DNA of 64,000 nucleotides from a virus (Duplodnaviria; Caudoviricetes). The stretch is taken from IMG/VR virus record IMGVR_UViG_3300001525_000065, positions 45,712-109,711 of that record; one strand, 5' to 3'. The notes below the pieces were generated by a model, which saw nothing but the letters and a program-made list of their open reading frames with translations, was not told the origin of the DNA and did not search any database. A program made the translations under genes and the position numbers. Positions 1-10,002 of the stretch are shown here, piece by piece. Numbering within the stretch: position 1 is the stretch's first letter; each line of letters begins with the position of its first letter.

Positions 1-1067
1 CCAACAGTTACTGCAGGATTTATACCTGCAGATACCTGGCCACCAGTAGCTGATGGAAGCACTGACCATACAGGCTCCGATACTAGTCCATATGTATATG
101 TAACAAATCCTTCAGTACAGATTCGAGTCATCTGACCTGTAGTACCCTGACTAAGTGTATCAAGGTTGACACCTATGAATCTCTCGTCAGAAGTAGTATC
201 AGTAGTTTCAGTAACAAATCCATCACTAGTCATGCCAGTACCACTAGCTACTGGGTGTACTAAAAGAACTGGAGCATTCGTACGATATTTAGTTGACGTA
301 GGTACATCTATTATTCCATAGAATCCTCTGCCTTGAGGTTCATAGAACATATAAGGAGTGAAGATGCTGCCATTTAGTAATCCAGATCTTATGGATCCAG
401 TTAGCTGCTGATTAACGTCATCCTTGGTAAGCATCTTATTTCGAATATCTGCATCAGCTTGAATACGTGCTGCAATCTCGGCATTTAGATCTGATGCAGA
501 TGCCATGTCACTGATCTTCTTAGTAAGGTTATCTCCATCCACATCTACATAATCGGAACTGATGCGAGTAGTATCTTGCGACCATGTATCAGATGCGATA
601 GTGAGTGATCCGGCAATATAAGGTGCAGATGCAATAACTAGGGAATTTTCATCAGTAGGCTTAGTAGTAGTGAGAGTAATATCTAAGGCTACTGCAGTTG
701 AATCTGAATTAGCTTTAAGAAGATCATTAACTCTACTAATTGATGCTACTACATAAAGAGTATCACCAGTATCTGAATCAGTAATCGTAGGAATGTTTGA
801 TTTAGATAGAGTGATAACTGCATTAGTGGTTATCTGATACCCATTGATAACACATGTACCTGCTGCAATGTTTATCTTAGCACCTGTAGTAGTCCACATA
901 AGACCTGGAGTCCAACCTGATGCAGTTAGTCCACTGACTACATAATTCTTTGATGCTATGGCACGTAGTATCCCGGAGACATTCCCTTCAGTACTAATGC
1001 GGCTCTGAGTTAGTCCAGCTCCATTACTACTAGGAAACATAGTGACTATACTAGAACTTGGATTCAT
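1..1067 (-). CDS. tail fibre / baseplate-associated protein, truncated by the window edge
   Basis: Not in the ORF track. ATG at 1067 follows a GGAGG SD and reads MNPSSSIVTMFPSSNGAGLTQSRISTEGNV...INIAAGTCVINGY. Lies downstream of the baseplate genes. Confidence 0.6.
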   Translation of the reverse strand, partial: MNPSSSIVTMFPSSNGAGLTQSRISTEGNVSGILRAIASKNYVVSGLTASGWTPGLMWTTTGAKINIAAGTCVINGYQITTNAVITLSKSNIPTITDSDTGDTLYVVASISRVNDLLKANSDSTAVALDITLTTTKPTDENSLVIASAPYIAGSLTIASDTWSQDTTRISSDYVDVDGDNLTKKISDMASASDLNAEIAARIQADADIRNKMLTKDDVNQQLTGSIRSGLLNGSIFTPYMFYEPQGRGFYGIIDVPTSTKYRTNAPVLLVHPVASGTGMTSDGFVTETTDTTSDERFIGVNLDTLSQGTTGQMTRICTEGFVTYTYGLVSEPVWSVLPSATGGQVSAGINPAVTV

Positions 1068-1090
1068 AACTTATACCTCCATATACTTAT

Positions 1091-1654
1091 TTAATTCGTA
1101 GTCTCTGCTACGGATGTTATTGTGATTGTCCATTGCACATCAATTATCTCATTATTACCTTGAGTAATCGCTATCACTGTACTAGGATTATCAGGATCTC
1201 TCAGGACAGTGCGTGCTAGTAGTGCACCTGAGCTGCTGAATAGACCTACCTCTCCTAGTGAATCAGTAGGTGCATAGACACCAGTGCCTACATATGCATG
1301 AAATACTGCTTGAGTAGCATCATTATCTACATTACCTCGTATGCCTTCATGAGCAGGCACTGAAATCTCTGCTTTCTTACTTATATCATAAGGTGCATCA
1401 AGACTAGTCAGAGCTGCATCAGACCCAGTATGTAGATTCTGCCCTGATCCGAATAATACATATGCTGGTATGTATTTGAGATACAGATTAGGATCATTAA
1501 GTAGAGTACCTACTAGATACTCACCTATGCCATATAGCATGCTCATGGTCACTCGATTCTTACCGTAGTAGAATCTCTGCTTATTCGTTATAGTATCTAT
1601 TACAGATACTTGAACGTTAGCCATGAGAGCACATTGAGAATTGTTTATTAGCAT
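1091..1654 (-). CDS. baseplate / tail-collar fibre attachment protein
   Basis: Motifs KNRVT, LGEVGLF..GALLART and IDVQWTI are typical of myovirus tail-collar proteins; synteny fits. Confidence 0.55.
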   Translation of the reverse strand: MLINNSQCALMANVQVSVIDTITNKQRFYYGKNRVTMSMLYGIGEYLVGTLLNDPNLYLKYIPAYVLFGSGQNLHTGSDAALTSLDAPYDISKKAEISVPAHEGIRGNVDNDATQAVFHAYVGTGVYAPTDSLGEVGLFSSSGALLARTVLRDPDNPSTVIAITQGNNEIIDVQWTITITSVAETTN

Positions 1655-1699
1655 AACTATCTATCATCTCCATTAATAAATTATTAGTCATTTATACAT

Positions 1700-1822
1700 A
1701 ACGTCTCTAGAGCCTCTAGAACGTCCTAGAAGCCTCGTTCATTCCAAGGGGAGGGTTTTGCCCCTACATACCTAAACAACGTCTAAAGAGCCTCTAAACG
1801 TGCTAGAGCACTAAGTGAACGT
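1700..1822. repeat. ~120-bp dispersed imperfect palindrome, copy 1
   Basis: ~10-11-bp periodic CTAG/CTAA arms around a GGGG-N-CCCC core; ends in CTAAGTGAAC. Confidence 0.85.
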
Positions 1823-1857
1823 TATGGAGAAGCAAAATCCAGTAAACCACCAGTGAA

Positions 1858-2574
1858 TTACTCAACTTCATTTATTTCACTGAGACCAATAATAGCACTA
1901 TACTGACGATTAGCTATTTGTGGATCATTGAACTCATCATAAGTACTGTCATAAGGTATCTGATTAGTATAACCTGATGTACTAGTACTGTATGAACCAT
2001 CACCAATGAATCCTGTCTTATGAGTGTATTTCTTATAAATGACTTTATCAGATATATCAACTTTATCAGTCTGATTAACTGGATGAGTCAGGACTACCTG
2101 GAGTCCTACTCCTGCAGGTCTTACTACTTCAAGTAGGTCATGTATTTTAGGTAGTGCTGCAGGATCATAAACACATACATAAATGTATCCAGTAGCTTCA
2201 TCTTGGAATACATTGAATCCAGATAATGGATCAATAGCTGAATTGGATTGTTCAGCCACTCTTGATGCTAAAGCAGATGCAAGTTTGAATCCAGTGTAGC
2301 TACCTCTATTTCTAATAAGATATGGATAATACTTTATGATAGCTCTATTGGAGTTTATGGATTCTCCTGCATCATAGTCATATCCTACATAATCAGCTAA
2401 TAGTGGTAGTAGGTTATCTGGACATTTATCTGGATCAATAAGAGATGGGAAGAGATCTGCATCAGTCTTAGCTGCATTGACTACTAGTTCTAGTAGCTTA
2501 AGTAAGATTTGATAGTCACGAGAATTAGCATAGGTCTTAGGAACCATGTATCGTGTATTAAGTAGCATTCTCAA
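1858..2574 (-). CDS. baseplate wedge protein (P2 gpI / gp7-like)
   Basis: DPDKCP..LLPLLA..VG, RNRGS and VRPAGV motifs; follows the baseplate J-like gene. Confidence 0.7.
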   Translation of the reverse strand: MRMLLNTRYMVPKTYANSRDYQILLKLLELVVNAAKTDADLFPSLIDPDKCPDNLLPLLADYVGYDYDAGESINSNRAIIKYYPYLIRNRGSYTGFKLASALASRVAEQSNSAIDPLSGFNVFQDEATGYIYVCVYDPAALPKIHDLLEVVRPAGVGLQVVLTHPVNQTDKVDISDKVIYKKYTHKTGFIGDGSYSTSTSGYTNQIPYDSTYDEFNDPQIANRQYSAIIGLSEINEVE

Positions 2575-2579
2575 TCACC

Positions 2580-4424
2580 TCAGATCTTCAGACTCTCAGG
2601 CGCAATGTAGAAGTCATTATTATCTAGAGACAAAGCTATACCTGCATAATGGCAAATGCCTATCTTATTCTTATTATAATTAGCAGTAGCTGATGTAACA
2701 TCATTACTGAATACAAGGTCTACTACACCATTACGATAATCCACTGACGATGACACTAGTGGATCAGTACGATTTAGGTACATAACAGTAGCCATAGATC
2801 CCATACCATTCTCATCAGGATATCCATAATCTCGTAGCTCATACTTCATACCATTTATAACAACTGTAATAGATAGGGATCCAGGAGTTATGCTACCTAG
2901 ATTAGTGAAGGTTACTGAGTCATCAGATACAGTACCTGATAGCCCTGTTGCTTTCCCTGATATATCTTTAGCAGTAATTGATCCACCATTGTAAACTAGA
3001 TTATCAAGATTGACATATCTAATGCGAGAATCAGCATCCATTATCTCAGATACTAGATTCACATAATTAATTGGAGTATTGAATGAAACATTAGCTGTAC
3101 TATAAACATACTGAAGTCTAGTATTGATTTTAGTAAGAATCTCCTGCCCATCAGCTGCACTAACTGGTGCATGAAGATAGACTTCCCCAGTAGGTGACCA
3201 TTCATAGTACTGAATAACGTCTTCTGCATTTGGATCATTATGAAGATAGATATTAGTAGTAAGTGGAACACAAGTGAAGTCACGGATACTAGCATATATA
3301 GATGATTTGAAATTCTCTTTATCTGCAGCTGATCCTTCATCTACTTGTGCACTAGGAATGACATAGAGATTTATAGTATGCTTAGGAGTAGGATAGGGAT
3401 CAGTCATTATGTCAGTAGCTAGGCAATTATTTACGTTATCAAGTCTTAGCACTGCATTTTGGTAATCTCTAAGAGTGATAAGTGTATTGAGTGTATTGCG
3501 ATACTTATCTATGTTAAGTCTAGCTTCTTCAGGAGTCTCTGGATCAGATCCTGTAGTAGAAGCTGTATTGCTGATTAGTCTACGCTGAGGATCAGATAGT
3601 GTATTTTCATTTATGGAGCCATTAGATCCAAGTGACTGTAGGTAGAATAGTCTGAATGATCCCGGAGCTTCATAGCTACCTACTGCTTTATTCCAGTTCT
3701 GTGGGAACTGAATATAGGGAGTATCGTACTCATCTATATTTATCTCAAAGAATCTACCATCAGCTGATTCAAGATCAAGACTGATTCTACTAGTACCTGC
3801 ATAATCAGGGTACTGCCATTGAATACCTGTATCGTCAATGAGAAATATAGATTCTTCTGCAATAGCTGTACCTTTAGCGAAATAATATCTATTATCTACT
3901 ATATCTGATGCCATGATGTTAGGTAGATACTTATCATACCATACATCACTAGTAGGATTAGGATTAGTAGCTGGTAGCACTGGTGCACCTTGCATCAATG
4001 ACCAATTAGACGGAGTAGTTGTAAGCGTAATAGTTTGTAGATTAGAATACTTTATATTATTGGATGTAGTAAATACAGAGTATGGAGGAATTGTTTCGCC
4101 ACTAGATGAAGTTCTCTGGAATGATCCTTCACAAGTAGCAGATACATACCAATGCAATCTGTATCCTAGTAGTCCAAAGATCTGATTAGCATTCTTACGT
4201 TGAGTAACTGTAGCTGGATAAACCTCTAGAGCTTGCTTATCCTGTGTGTATGAGAGCATGTCACCTAGCATTGCCATAAGCTTGACTAACACAATACCTG
4301 GATCAGTTTCTTCTCTGCTAGTCCATTTATCAGTCATGGTAGGTATGGCTTTGTACAAATCTTCAAAGATGGATAAGTATTCTCGTGAGGTGTATCGAAG
4401 GCTACTTAATTCATTAGTATCCAT
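2580..4424 (-). CDS. baseplate wedge protein (gp6 / baseplate J-like)
   Basis: YTSREY, W..E.DPGIVL, D.LSY.QD.QA.E and GSDPET..R...LITLRDY motifs; follows the gp25-like gene. Confidence 0.85.
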   Translation of the reverse strand: MDTNELSSLRYTSREYLSIFEDLYKAIPTMTDKWTSREETDPGIVLVKLMAMLGDMLSYTQDKQALEVYPATVTQRKNANQIFGLLGYRLHWYVSATCEGSFQRTSSSGETIPPYSVFTTSNNIKYSNLQTITLTTTPSNWSLMQGAPVLPATNPNPTSDVWYDKYLPNIMASDIVDNRYYFAKGTAIAEESIFLIDDTGIQWQYPDYAGTSRISLDLESADGRFFEINIDEYDTPYIQFPQNWNKAVGSYEAPGSFRLFYLQSLGSNGSINENTLSDPQRRLISNTASTTGSDPETPEEARLNIDKYRNTLNTLITLRDYQNAVLRLDNVNNCLATDIMTDPYPTPKHTINLYVIPSAQVDEGSAADKENFKSSIYASIRDFTCVPLTTNIYLHNDPNAEDVIQYYEWSPTGEVYLHAPVSAADGQEILTKINTRLQYVYSTANVSFNTPINYVNLVSEIMDADSRIRYVNLDNLVYNGGSITAKDISGKATGLSGTVSDDSVTFTNLGSITPGSLSITVVINGMKYELRDYGYPDENGMGSMATVMYLNRTDPLVSSSVDYRNGVVDLVFSNDVTSATANYNKNKIGICHYAGIALSLDNNDFYIAPESLKI

Positions 4425-4810
4425 TAGTATCCCTCCCTAATGGCAAGCTGAAGCACTAATGTGTCTCTCATGCCAGTATTCTTTACTATATATGATAATT
4501 GTATGTATAGCTGACTCAGTCTCTGACCTATTGTTATGTCATTATGAGTCAAGGTAATTCTAGGTTCATAAGCAGTAACTGATGTGACTATATTAGTCTT
4601 TACTACATCAATCAATGCTAGGTCATTAGGTTCATATATTAATGATAGCAGATCAGTGCCATAGCCAGGATCACCAAGTAATTCTCCTGGTACTGTAGTC
4701 AGTAGGAGTCTAAGTGACTCATGAATGGACATTTGATCCTCTGCTATATTAGTCTTTCCTGTGATTGGATTGAAGCAAGTAGGATGTCTTATTGAATTAG
4801 ATAATGCCAT
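4424..4810 (-). CDS. baseplate wedge / sheath initiator (gp25 / gpW-like)
   Basis: LLLTT.PGE...P.YGT and YEPRI motifs. Start moved to the ATG at 4810, which has an AGGAGG SD. Confidence 0.85.
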   Translation of the reverse strand: MALSNSIRHPTCFNPITGKTNIAEDQMSIHESLRLLLTTVPGELLGDPGYGTDLLSLIYEPNDLALIDVVKTNIVTSVTAYEPRITLTHNDITIGQRLSQLYIQLSYIVKNTGMRDTLVLQLAIREGY

Positions 4811-4821
4811 TAGATACCTCC

Positions 4822-6345
4822 TTATACATCTCCTGTAAACTCTGTTCTGAAGTAGTATACTGGATTGACTATGCCATTCCATCTGTCAGAATTATAGTTT
4901 AATAGTAGTTCAAGGTGCAGATGAGCTCCAGAAGAGTTACCTGTATTACCTATGTATCCCAGTACCTGACCCTTGGTGACTGATTGATTAGCTACTACAT
5001 CTATTTTAGACAGATGGGCATATCTCAATGCAACTCCAGCTGATAGTTGATTAGTAGGCAATACATCTGAATCAGTAAGCTTAAGATCTATGCAATTGCC
5101 ATATGACCAATCTAATGCATAAGGACTATCATATACACCTTGTACTACTGACACAACTCCGCTGCATGGAGCTACTACTGGCTGACCATGTATATCCCAC
5201 TGTGATATATCAATACCTCGATGATTAGGATCATAGTTAGTAGGTCCAAATCTCTGAGTAATATTAGTGCAACTAGGCACTACCCAGTTAAGAGTGAAGT
5301 CAGCTGATCTTGCTGACTTATCATATGGAGATTCTACTAGATCAATAATAGTAGATGCACCTGGAGTGGCTATCTCTGTCATCAATCTACCATCTTCTTC
5401 ATAAGTCTTTATAGTCTGATACAAAGATTCAATAATCTCATACTGCTTACTAGACCATCTATGTGTAAGTAGCACTCTATGCATGTCATCGATAGAATAG
5501 CTAGTTGATAGAAGTCCATCAAGAGATGATAGTTCATCTTTAGTGAACGATGTACTGAGTAATGCATAAAAAGCTCTATTACTAGTGCCTTGGATACCTA
5601 CAGTCACTGCATCAGATAGATATTGAGATAGCTGATCTTGAGCATACTTCTTCTGAGCTGATATACCTTCATCGGATTCTAACAAAGTAGATATCTTCAA
5701 TGCATTAATTTTATTCACTGCAAAATCAGTGAATCCTTTAGATGCCTCATTAATAGTCCATTTATACATTGATCCTAGATACATCTGAGTGGCTATCTTA
5801 TTATCAGTATTGAGATCCATTATGATATTACTGAGATCAGTATCTGACCATAAGAAGAGTCCAAATTTATCATAGGATCCATTGGAATTTGCCTCAGTAG
5901 ATCCAAATGTTGTAATTCCACTATCTATGTATGCATCAAGTATTACGGAGCTAAGAGTACCTCCACGTAGCATGGATGGATCAGATGTATTAGATACCAC
6001 ATCTGAACCTGCACATAGTGTACCTAGGTAAATTGGGTACCTGATGTCTCCACCTTCAAATCCTACCCATACTACATCATTGACATCTGGTAATGCAGCT
6101 ACAGGTGAGTCACTACTTAATAGAGATTTAATGAAGCTAGTTGATTCAGTACCTAGTAATGGAGCACATACCTGAGCCCATGGTAGACCTTCATACACAT
6201 TACCCTTAGATCTGTATTCTCTTAATGCTTGATGATACGACGGTATCCATACCTGAATACGACCTAGGCTATCAGGATCTTCATTGGACACTACTATGGC
6301 TTTTACTAGTGAGAAGTGATTTTTGAATGTATTCTTATCGATCAT
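4822..6345 (-). CDS. baseplate central spike (gp5-like OB fold) fused to a C-terminal M23 peptidase
   Basis: N-terminal DP..LGRIQVWIP, LPWA and P...D.VWVGFEGGD..YP..LG; C-terminal HRGID, YAHL and G..GNSSGAHLH. Confidence 0.85.
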   Translation of the reverse strand: MIDKNTFKNHFSLVKAIVVSNEDPDSLGRIQVWIPSYHQALREYRSKGNVYEGLPWAQVCAPLLGTESTSFIKSLLSSDSPVAALPDVNDVVWVGFEGGDIRYPIYLGTLCAGSDVVSNTSDPSMLRGGTLSSVILDAYIDSGITTFGSTEANSNGSYDKFGLFLWSDTDLSNIIMDLNTDNKIATQMYLGSMYKWTINEASKGFTDFAVNKINALKISTLLESDEGISAQKKYAQDQLSQYLSDAVTVGIQGTSNRAFYALLSTSFTKDELSSLDGLLSTSYSIDDMHRVLLTHRWSSKQYEIIESLYQTIKTYEEDGRLMTEIATPGASTIIDLVESPYDKSARSADFTLNWVVPSCTNITQRFGPTNYDPNHRGIDISQWDIHGQPVVAPCSGVVSVVQGVYDSPYALDWSYGNCIDLKLTDSDVLPTNQLSAGVALRYAHLSKIDVVANQSVTKGQVLGYIGNTGNSSGAHLHLELLLNYNSDRWNGIVNPVYYFRTEFTGDV

Positions 6346-7622
6346 TTACTCACCTCTTCTTGTAACTTGAATAATTCAAAGTTAGTAGTAAGACCTGAAC
6401 TATCTAGTCTATCATAAGAAGATAGCACTGCATATGTACCTGCTGTATGATGTTCTTGATTGTGTATCAGTGGCCTTATCTGAAGCTTAGTAAGTATAGG
6501 TATCTCAGTTGGAATACCTATTGTAGATAATGTAGCTTTATATGGATACTCACGAATAAGATCCATCCACTTCTGATCTTTCCATGCAGCATCAGATGCT
6601 AGCTGATCGCCTACTTGCAGGTCATTACTACTTTCTACTGGAGTAGATGTAATTGATCCATCCGACTTAATACCATAAGTAGGTGTAGATGACTCTTTTT
6701 CTGCATCATAAGACATCAGCACCGATCCATCAAAGTCAGGTCTGAAGTCCCTGATAAGATTAAAATGATTAGACTGAGGTGAGCAATCCATCCAATCAAA
6801 AATAGTAGGAACTAATTCTGCAGATGGATTGCCTGCAGATGCAGATACCTTACGAATAATGAATTTCTTTTCAGTATCATCTACTTCGTATGTATAAGTG
6901 AATTTATCTCGAGCATCAGTAGTATCATCTTGAGTCTTATCCACTGCAGATGCCAATACATTATTTATCCATTCTACTAAAGTAGTACGTGACTTGGATA
7001 ATCCTAGTAGTTGAAGATCCACTACTTGGTCAGAGCCTACTACATTATCTGGATCAGAGAATTCATACTTGAATTGATCCTCAGTATCATCCATGACTTT
7101 ATTAAATACATTCTGCACTACTTGTGTAGGAGATAGATTCACTGATTCTTCATCAAGCTGAATGGTGATAATCCTGTTATTTAGTGCCACAATGCTGCTG
7201 TACCCATTCATGCTATATACTAAGAATCCATCACGAATCTCTGCAGTATATTTAGTAAGTAGACCATTGTATATAGGGGATCTCAAAGCAGTATGGGGCA
7301 TGGAGTACCCATACTGCAATGAGAACTGAGTCATATCAGCTTCAAGCCCTACTTTAGATAGAATCTTATCTATCTTATTTATATCTTCATTAACCTGAGG
7401 TCTCCATGCAATGACTAGTGTGAATGAGTTACATAGTCCTGATCCATTCTTCTTATTTTCAAATGATACTACATAGTTATTAGTAGGATCATCAGTGCAT
7501 AGTACCATATCTGGACGATTAGAGTTTCCTAGTACAATTCTGTACCATGGAGCATAGAATGGTGAGTATTGTAGTGTACTAGTTAAAGTAGATATGAAAT
7601 CACTGACTGGAGTATCACTCAT
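6342..7622 (-). CDS. baseplate hub protein (gp27 / late control D-like)
   Basis: Sits between the gp53-like and gp5-like genes; LQYGY, LSTIG.P and G.Y.V...D....G.TT.F.L pattern. Confidence 0.6.
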   Translation of the reverse strand: MSDTPVSDFISTLTSTLQYSPFYAPWYRIVLGNSNRPDMVLCTDDPTNNYVVSFENKKNGSGLCNSFTLVIAWRPQVNEDINKIDKILSKVGLEADMTQFSLQYGYSMPHTALRSPIYNGLLTKYTAEIRDGFLVYSMNGYSSIVALNNRIITIQLDEESVNLSPTQVVQNVFNKVMDDTEDQFKYEFSDPDNVVGSDQVVDLQLLGLSKSRTTLVEWINNVLASAVDKTQDDTTDARDKFTYTYEVDDTEKKFIIRKVSASAGNPSAELVPTIFDWMDCSPQSNHFNLIRDFRPDFDGSVLMSYDAEKESSTPTYGIKSDGSITSTPVESSNDLQVGDQLASDAAWKDQKWMDLIREYPYKATLSTIGIPTEIPILTKLQIRPLIHNQEHHTAGTYAVLSSYDRLDSSGLTTNFELFKLQEEVSK

Positions 7623-7626
7623 ATAC

Positions 7627-8031
7627 TCACCTCCTCATTAATCCCTTTACTCCAAAAATTGAGGAGATGTTAGGAATTCTCAGTGTAGTACCAAGAGGTA
7701 TCTCAAATGGATCATGTATGTTATTAGCAAGAGCTATGACCCACCATTGTAGTGGAGTTCCATAGACTTTATTGGATATAATATCTAATCGATTCTCATT
7801 AGTCTTATCAGTAGTGACATACACATCAGCTTCACTCTCAGGTATATCAGTCTTATTAGGTGATTCATAATAAGATTTACTACCATTCTCAATGACTCTA
7901 GTAGCAGTGTATCTACTAGTATAAGGTCTACGAATTGGCTCATCGTACTTAAGCTGATCATAAATAATTCTTAGATGAGCTAGGTATGCAGGAGAGGTAG
8001 CAGCTAATTTACTATCATAATAAACGATCAT
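7627..8031 (-). CDS. LysM-like baseplate wedge protein (gp53-like)
   Basis: RLDIIS..VYG...WWVIALANNI.DP..IP.GT.LRIP motif. Confidence 0.8.
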   Translation of the reverse strand: MIVYYDSKLAATSPAYLAHLRIIYDQLKYDEPIRRPYTSRYTATRVIENGSKSYYESPNKTDIPESEADVYVTTDKTNENRLDIISNKVYGTPLQWWVIALANNIHDPFEIPLGTTLRIPNISSIFGVKGLMRR

Positions 8032-8033
8032 GA

Positions 8034-9047
8034 TTATCTACCTCCAAATAATGACTTCATAGATGTAATGAATGGTCTGCTAGGAGTGCCACTGAACTGA
8101 GCAGATGGAACTCCTGCAACAACTTCAGTCATTGATACTGAAACTGATACTACTCCGAATGCCGTAGGGCGATTGTAAGCTACATGTCTTAGTATAGGTC
8201 TCTTCCAATCAAAATTGACACTATTTACATACCCAGTAGTTCTGAAGTCATAGAAGCAGAATGTAGTAATAGGTGGTACTAGTCCAGCTTGATTATCGTA
8301 CAATGGATACACAGTAGCTCTCAGTGCATTTATGACTGAGTCAATACGTGGAGTATTATCATCGTACAATGTATTATCTTCTTTGAATCCACCTGAATAC
8401 GCATTCTCATCTGGATCTCTGGATAGATCGAATGAGAATGATACACTACGTGCACCTGTATCTCCGTAAGCTGCTATTGGTGCGCCTCTACCTGGAATAG
8501 ACTGGCTACTCCAATTAGCAGATGTAGCATCACTTATTGAGTCAGGTACTACTGGTAGCACTATGTATTTATTATCTGGTAGCACTGAGCTGAAGAAGTA
8601 GCATGGATTCTTCTCCATTTCTACTGTCTCAGTGGTCATTGCAGCTCTCTCAAGATATGCTTGCCACTGATCACTACTGGTGAGAGTAGCTTTCTCACGA
8701 AACGGGTTCGCTGATTCAGGTATCCTACCTATGATGCCACCTGTATTCTGCCATTCTCTATTCTCAGTAGCTAACTCAATGATAAGAGCTTTATTAGCAG
8801 CTTTAGTGGCTACCACTTCATCAGAATCACTTGGTAATGGTTTAGTCCATAGATCTACTGATGCTAGAACTGATGGAGGCATTAGATCACCATTAGTGCC
8901 ATTATTAAGGTAGTCTAGCAAGATGCCACTTTTACCTAGTGATGCAAAGCTACTACCTGGTAAGCTACTAGCCCATGTCTCTTGCTTATACCATCCAACA
9001 ATTAGATGACCTGCATCATAGTTACTGAGAGTCTCAGAAGAACTCAT
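8034..9047 (-). CDS. tail tube initiator / baseplate-tube junction protein
   Basis: PDSISD..SANW....IPGR.API..Y...GARSVSFSF pattern of tube-initiator proteins. Confidence 0.6.
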   Translation of the reverse strand: MSSSETLSNYDAGHLIVGWYKQETWASSLPGSSFASLGKSGILLDYLNNGTNGDLMPPSVLASVDLWTKPLPSDSDEVVATKAANKALIIELATENREWQNTGGIIGRIPESANPFREKATLTSSDQWQAYLERAAMTTETVEMEKNPCYFFSSVLPDNKYIVLPVVPDSISDATSANWSSQSIPGRGAPIAAYGDTGARSVSFSFDLSRDPDENAYSGGFKEDNTLYDDNTPRIDSVINALRATVYPLYDNQAGLVPPITTFCFYDFRTTGYVNSVNFDWKRPILRHVAYNRPTAFGVVSVSVSMTEVVAGVPSAQFSGTPSRPFITSMKSLFGGR

Positions 9048-9987
9048 AGTAATCCATCTCCTCTCCTAGATTTAGTGCATTCATCTCCATATAATTCTCT
9101 ACCTTAGGAGTGAAGAATCCAAAATTGAATACATCAGCATTATCACCTAAATTATCTTCTATATTATCAATAAGTGAGGTGAGTTGACTATCCCATACAC
9201 CTACTTGAGTACTCAAGTATCCTGCCTGATCTGCCATAGCTTTCTGTACATACCAAATGTCATCTGGAGTACTTATAGGAGTTATGCAGTGATCCAGTAG
9301 ATATGGAATAAATTCATCATGTAAGATCCATGGATTTTTGTTATACACTGTCCTCAAGTAGTCCATCTCACTAGTACTAGTGGACGACAATAAGAATGCA
9401 GTCAGATCAGTAGGTAGTGGAATACCTATGATCATGTATTTCCATACACCATAGGTATCAGCATCTTTAGTAGAATCAGGATCTCTTAGAATAGTGGATA
9501 GATCAAATGATGCATAAGTAGTAGAAGATGCATTCATAATAGATGACCATACGCCAGTACCCGGAGTTTTATCAGTGCTATCAACAAGTATCTTATAGAT
9601 AGATGATCTGGATGTGAATCGATACTTCACATTCATAGGAGGAAAATTAGCAACAAGAGGTGAGTCTTGTACATCTAAGTAAGAGACTGGAATAATAAAG
9701 CATCTGTACTTAGTAGAATCAGTTTTAGATGAGAAGACTCTGAAATCATCTTGCTCATCATAGTACTCAGTAGGACATCTATTAAACATTGTGAGAAGCG
9801 AAGAATAGACACTTGCAGATGCATCACCTGCATTATACAGTAGCTCCTGATAGTAGTTTAGTAGAAGCTGATGGCACTCAGAGGTATATTCATTATCTAG
9901 ATGATAAGTCTGTCTGAATAGTTCTGACTTATCCTGCAATAAGGAGTAGATGTATTGAACTACATAACCTTTATCACCAATATTCAT
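9034..9987 (-). CDS. tail-associated hypothetical protein
   Basis: 317-aa ORF with GGAGG SD between the tape measure and baseplate genes. Confidence 0.5.
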   Translation of the reverse strand: MNIGDKGYVVQYIYSLLQDKSELFRQTYHLDNEYTSECHQLLLNYYQELLYNAGDASASVYSSLLTMFNRCPTEYYDEQDDFRVFSSKTDSTKYRCFIIPVSYLDVQDSPLVANFPPMNVKYRFTSRSSIYKILVDSTDKTPGTGVWSSIMNASSTTYASFDLSTILRDPDSTKDADTYGVWKYMIIGIPLPTDLTAFLLSSTSTSEMDYLRTVYNKNPWILHDEFIPYLLDHCITPISTPDDIWYVQKAMADQAGYLSTQVGVWDSQLTSLIDNIEDNLGDNADVFNFGFFTPKVENYMEMNALNLGEEMDYYEFF

Positions 9988-10002
9988 TATACATCTACCT
10001 CC

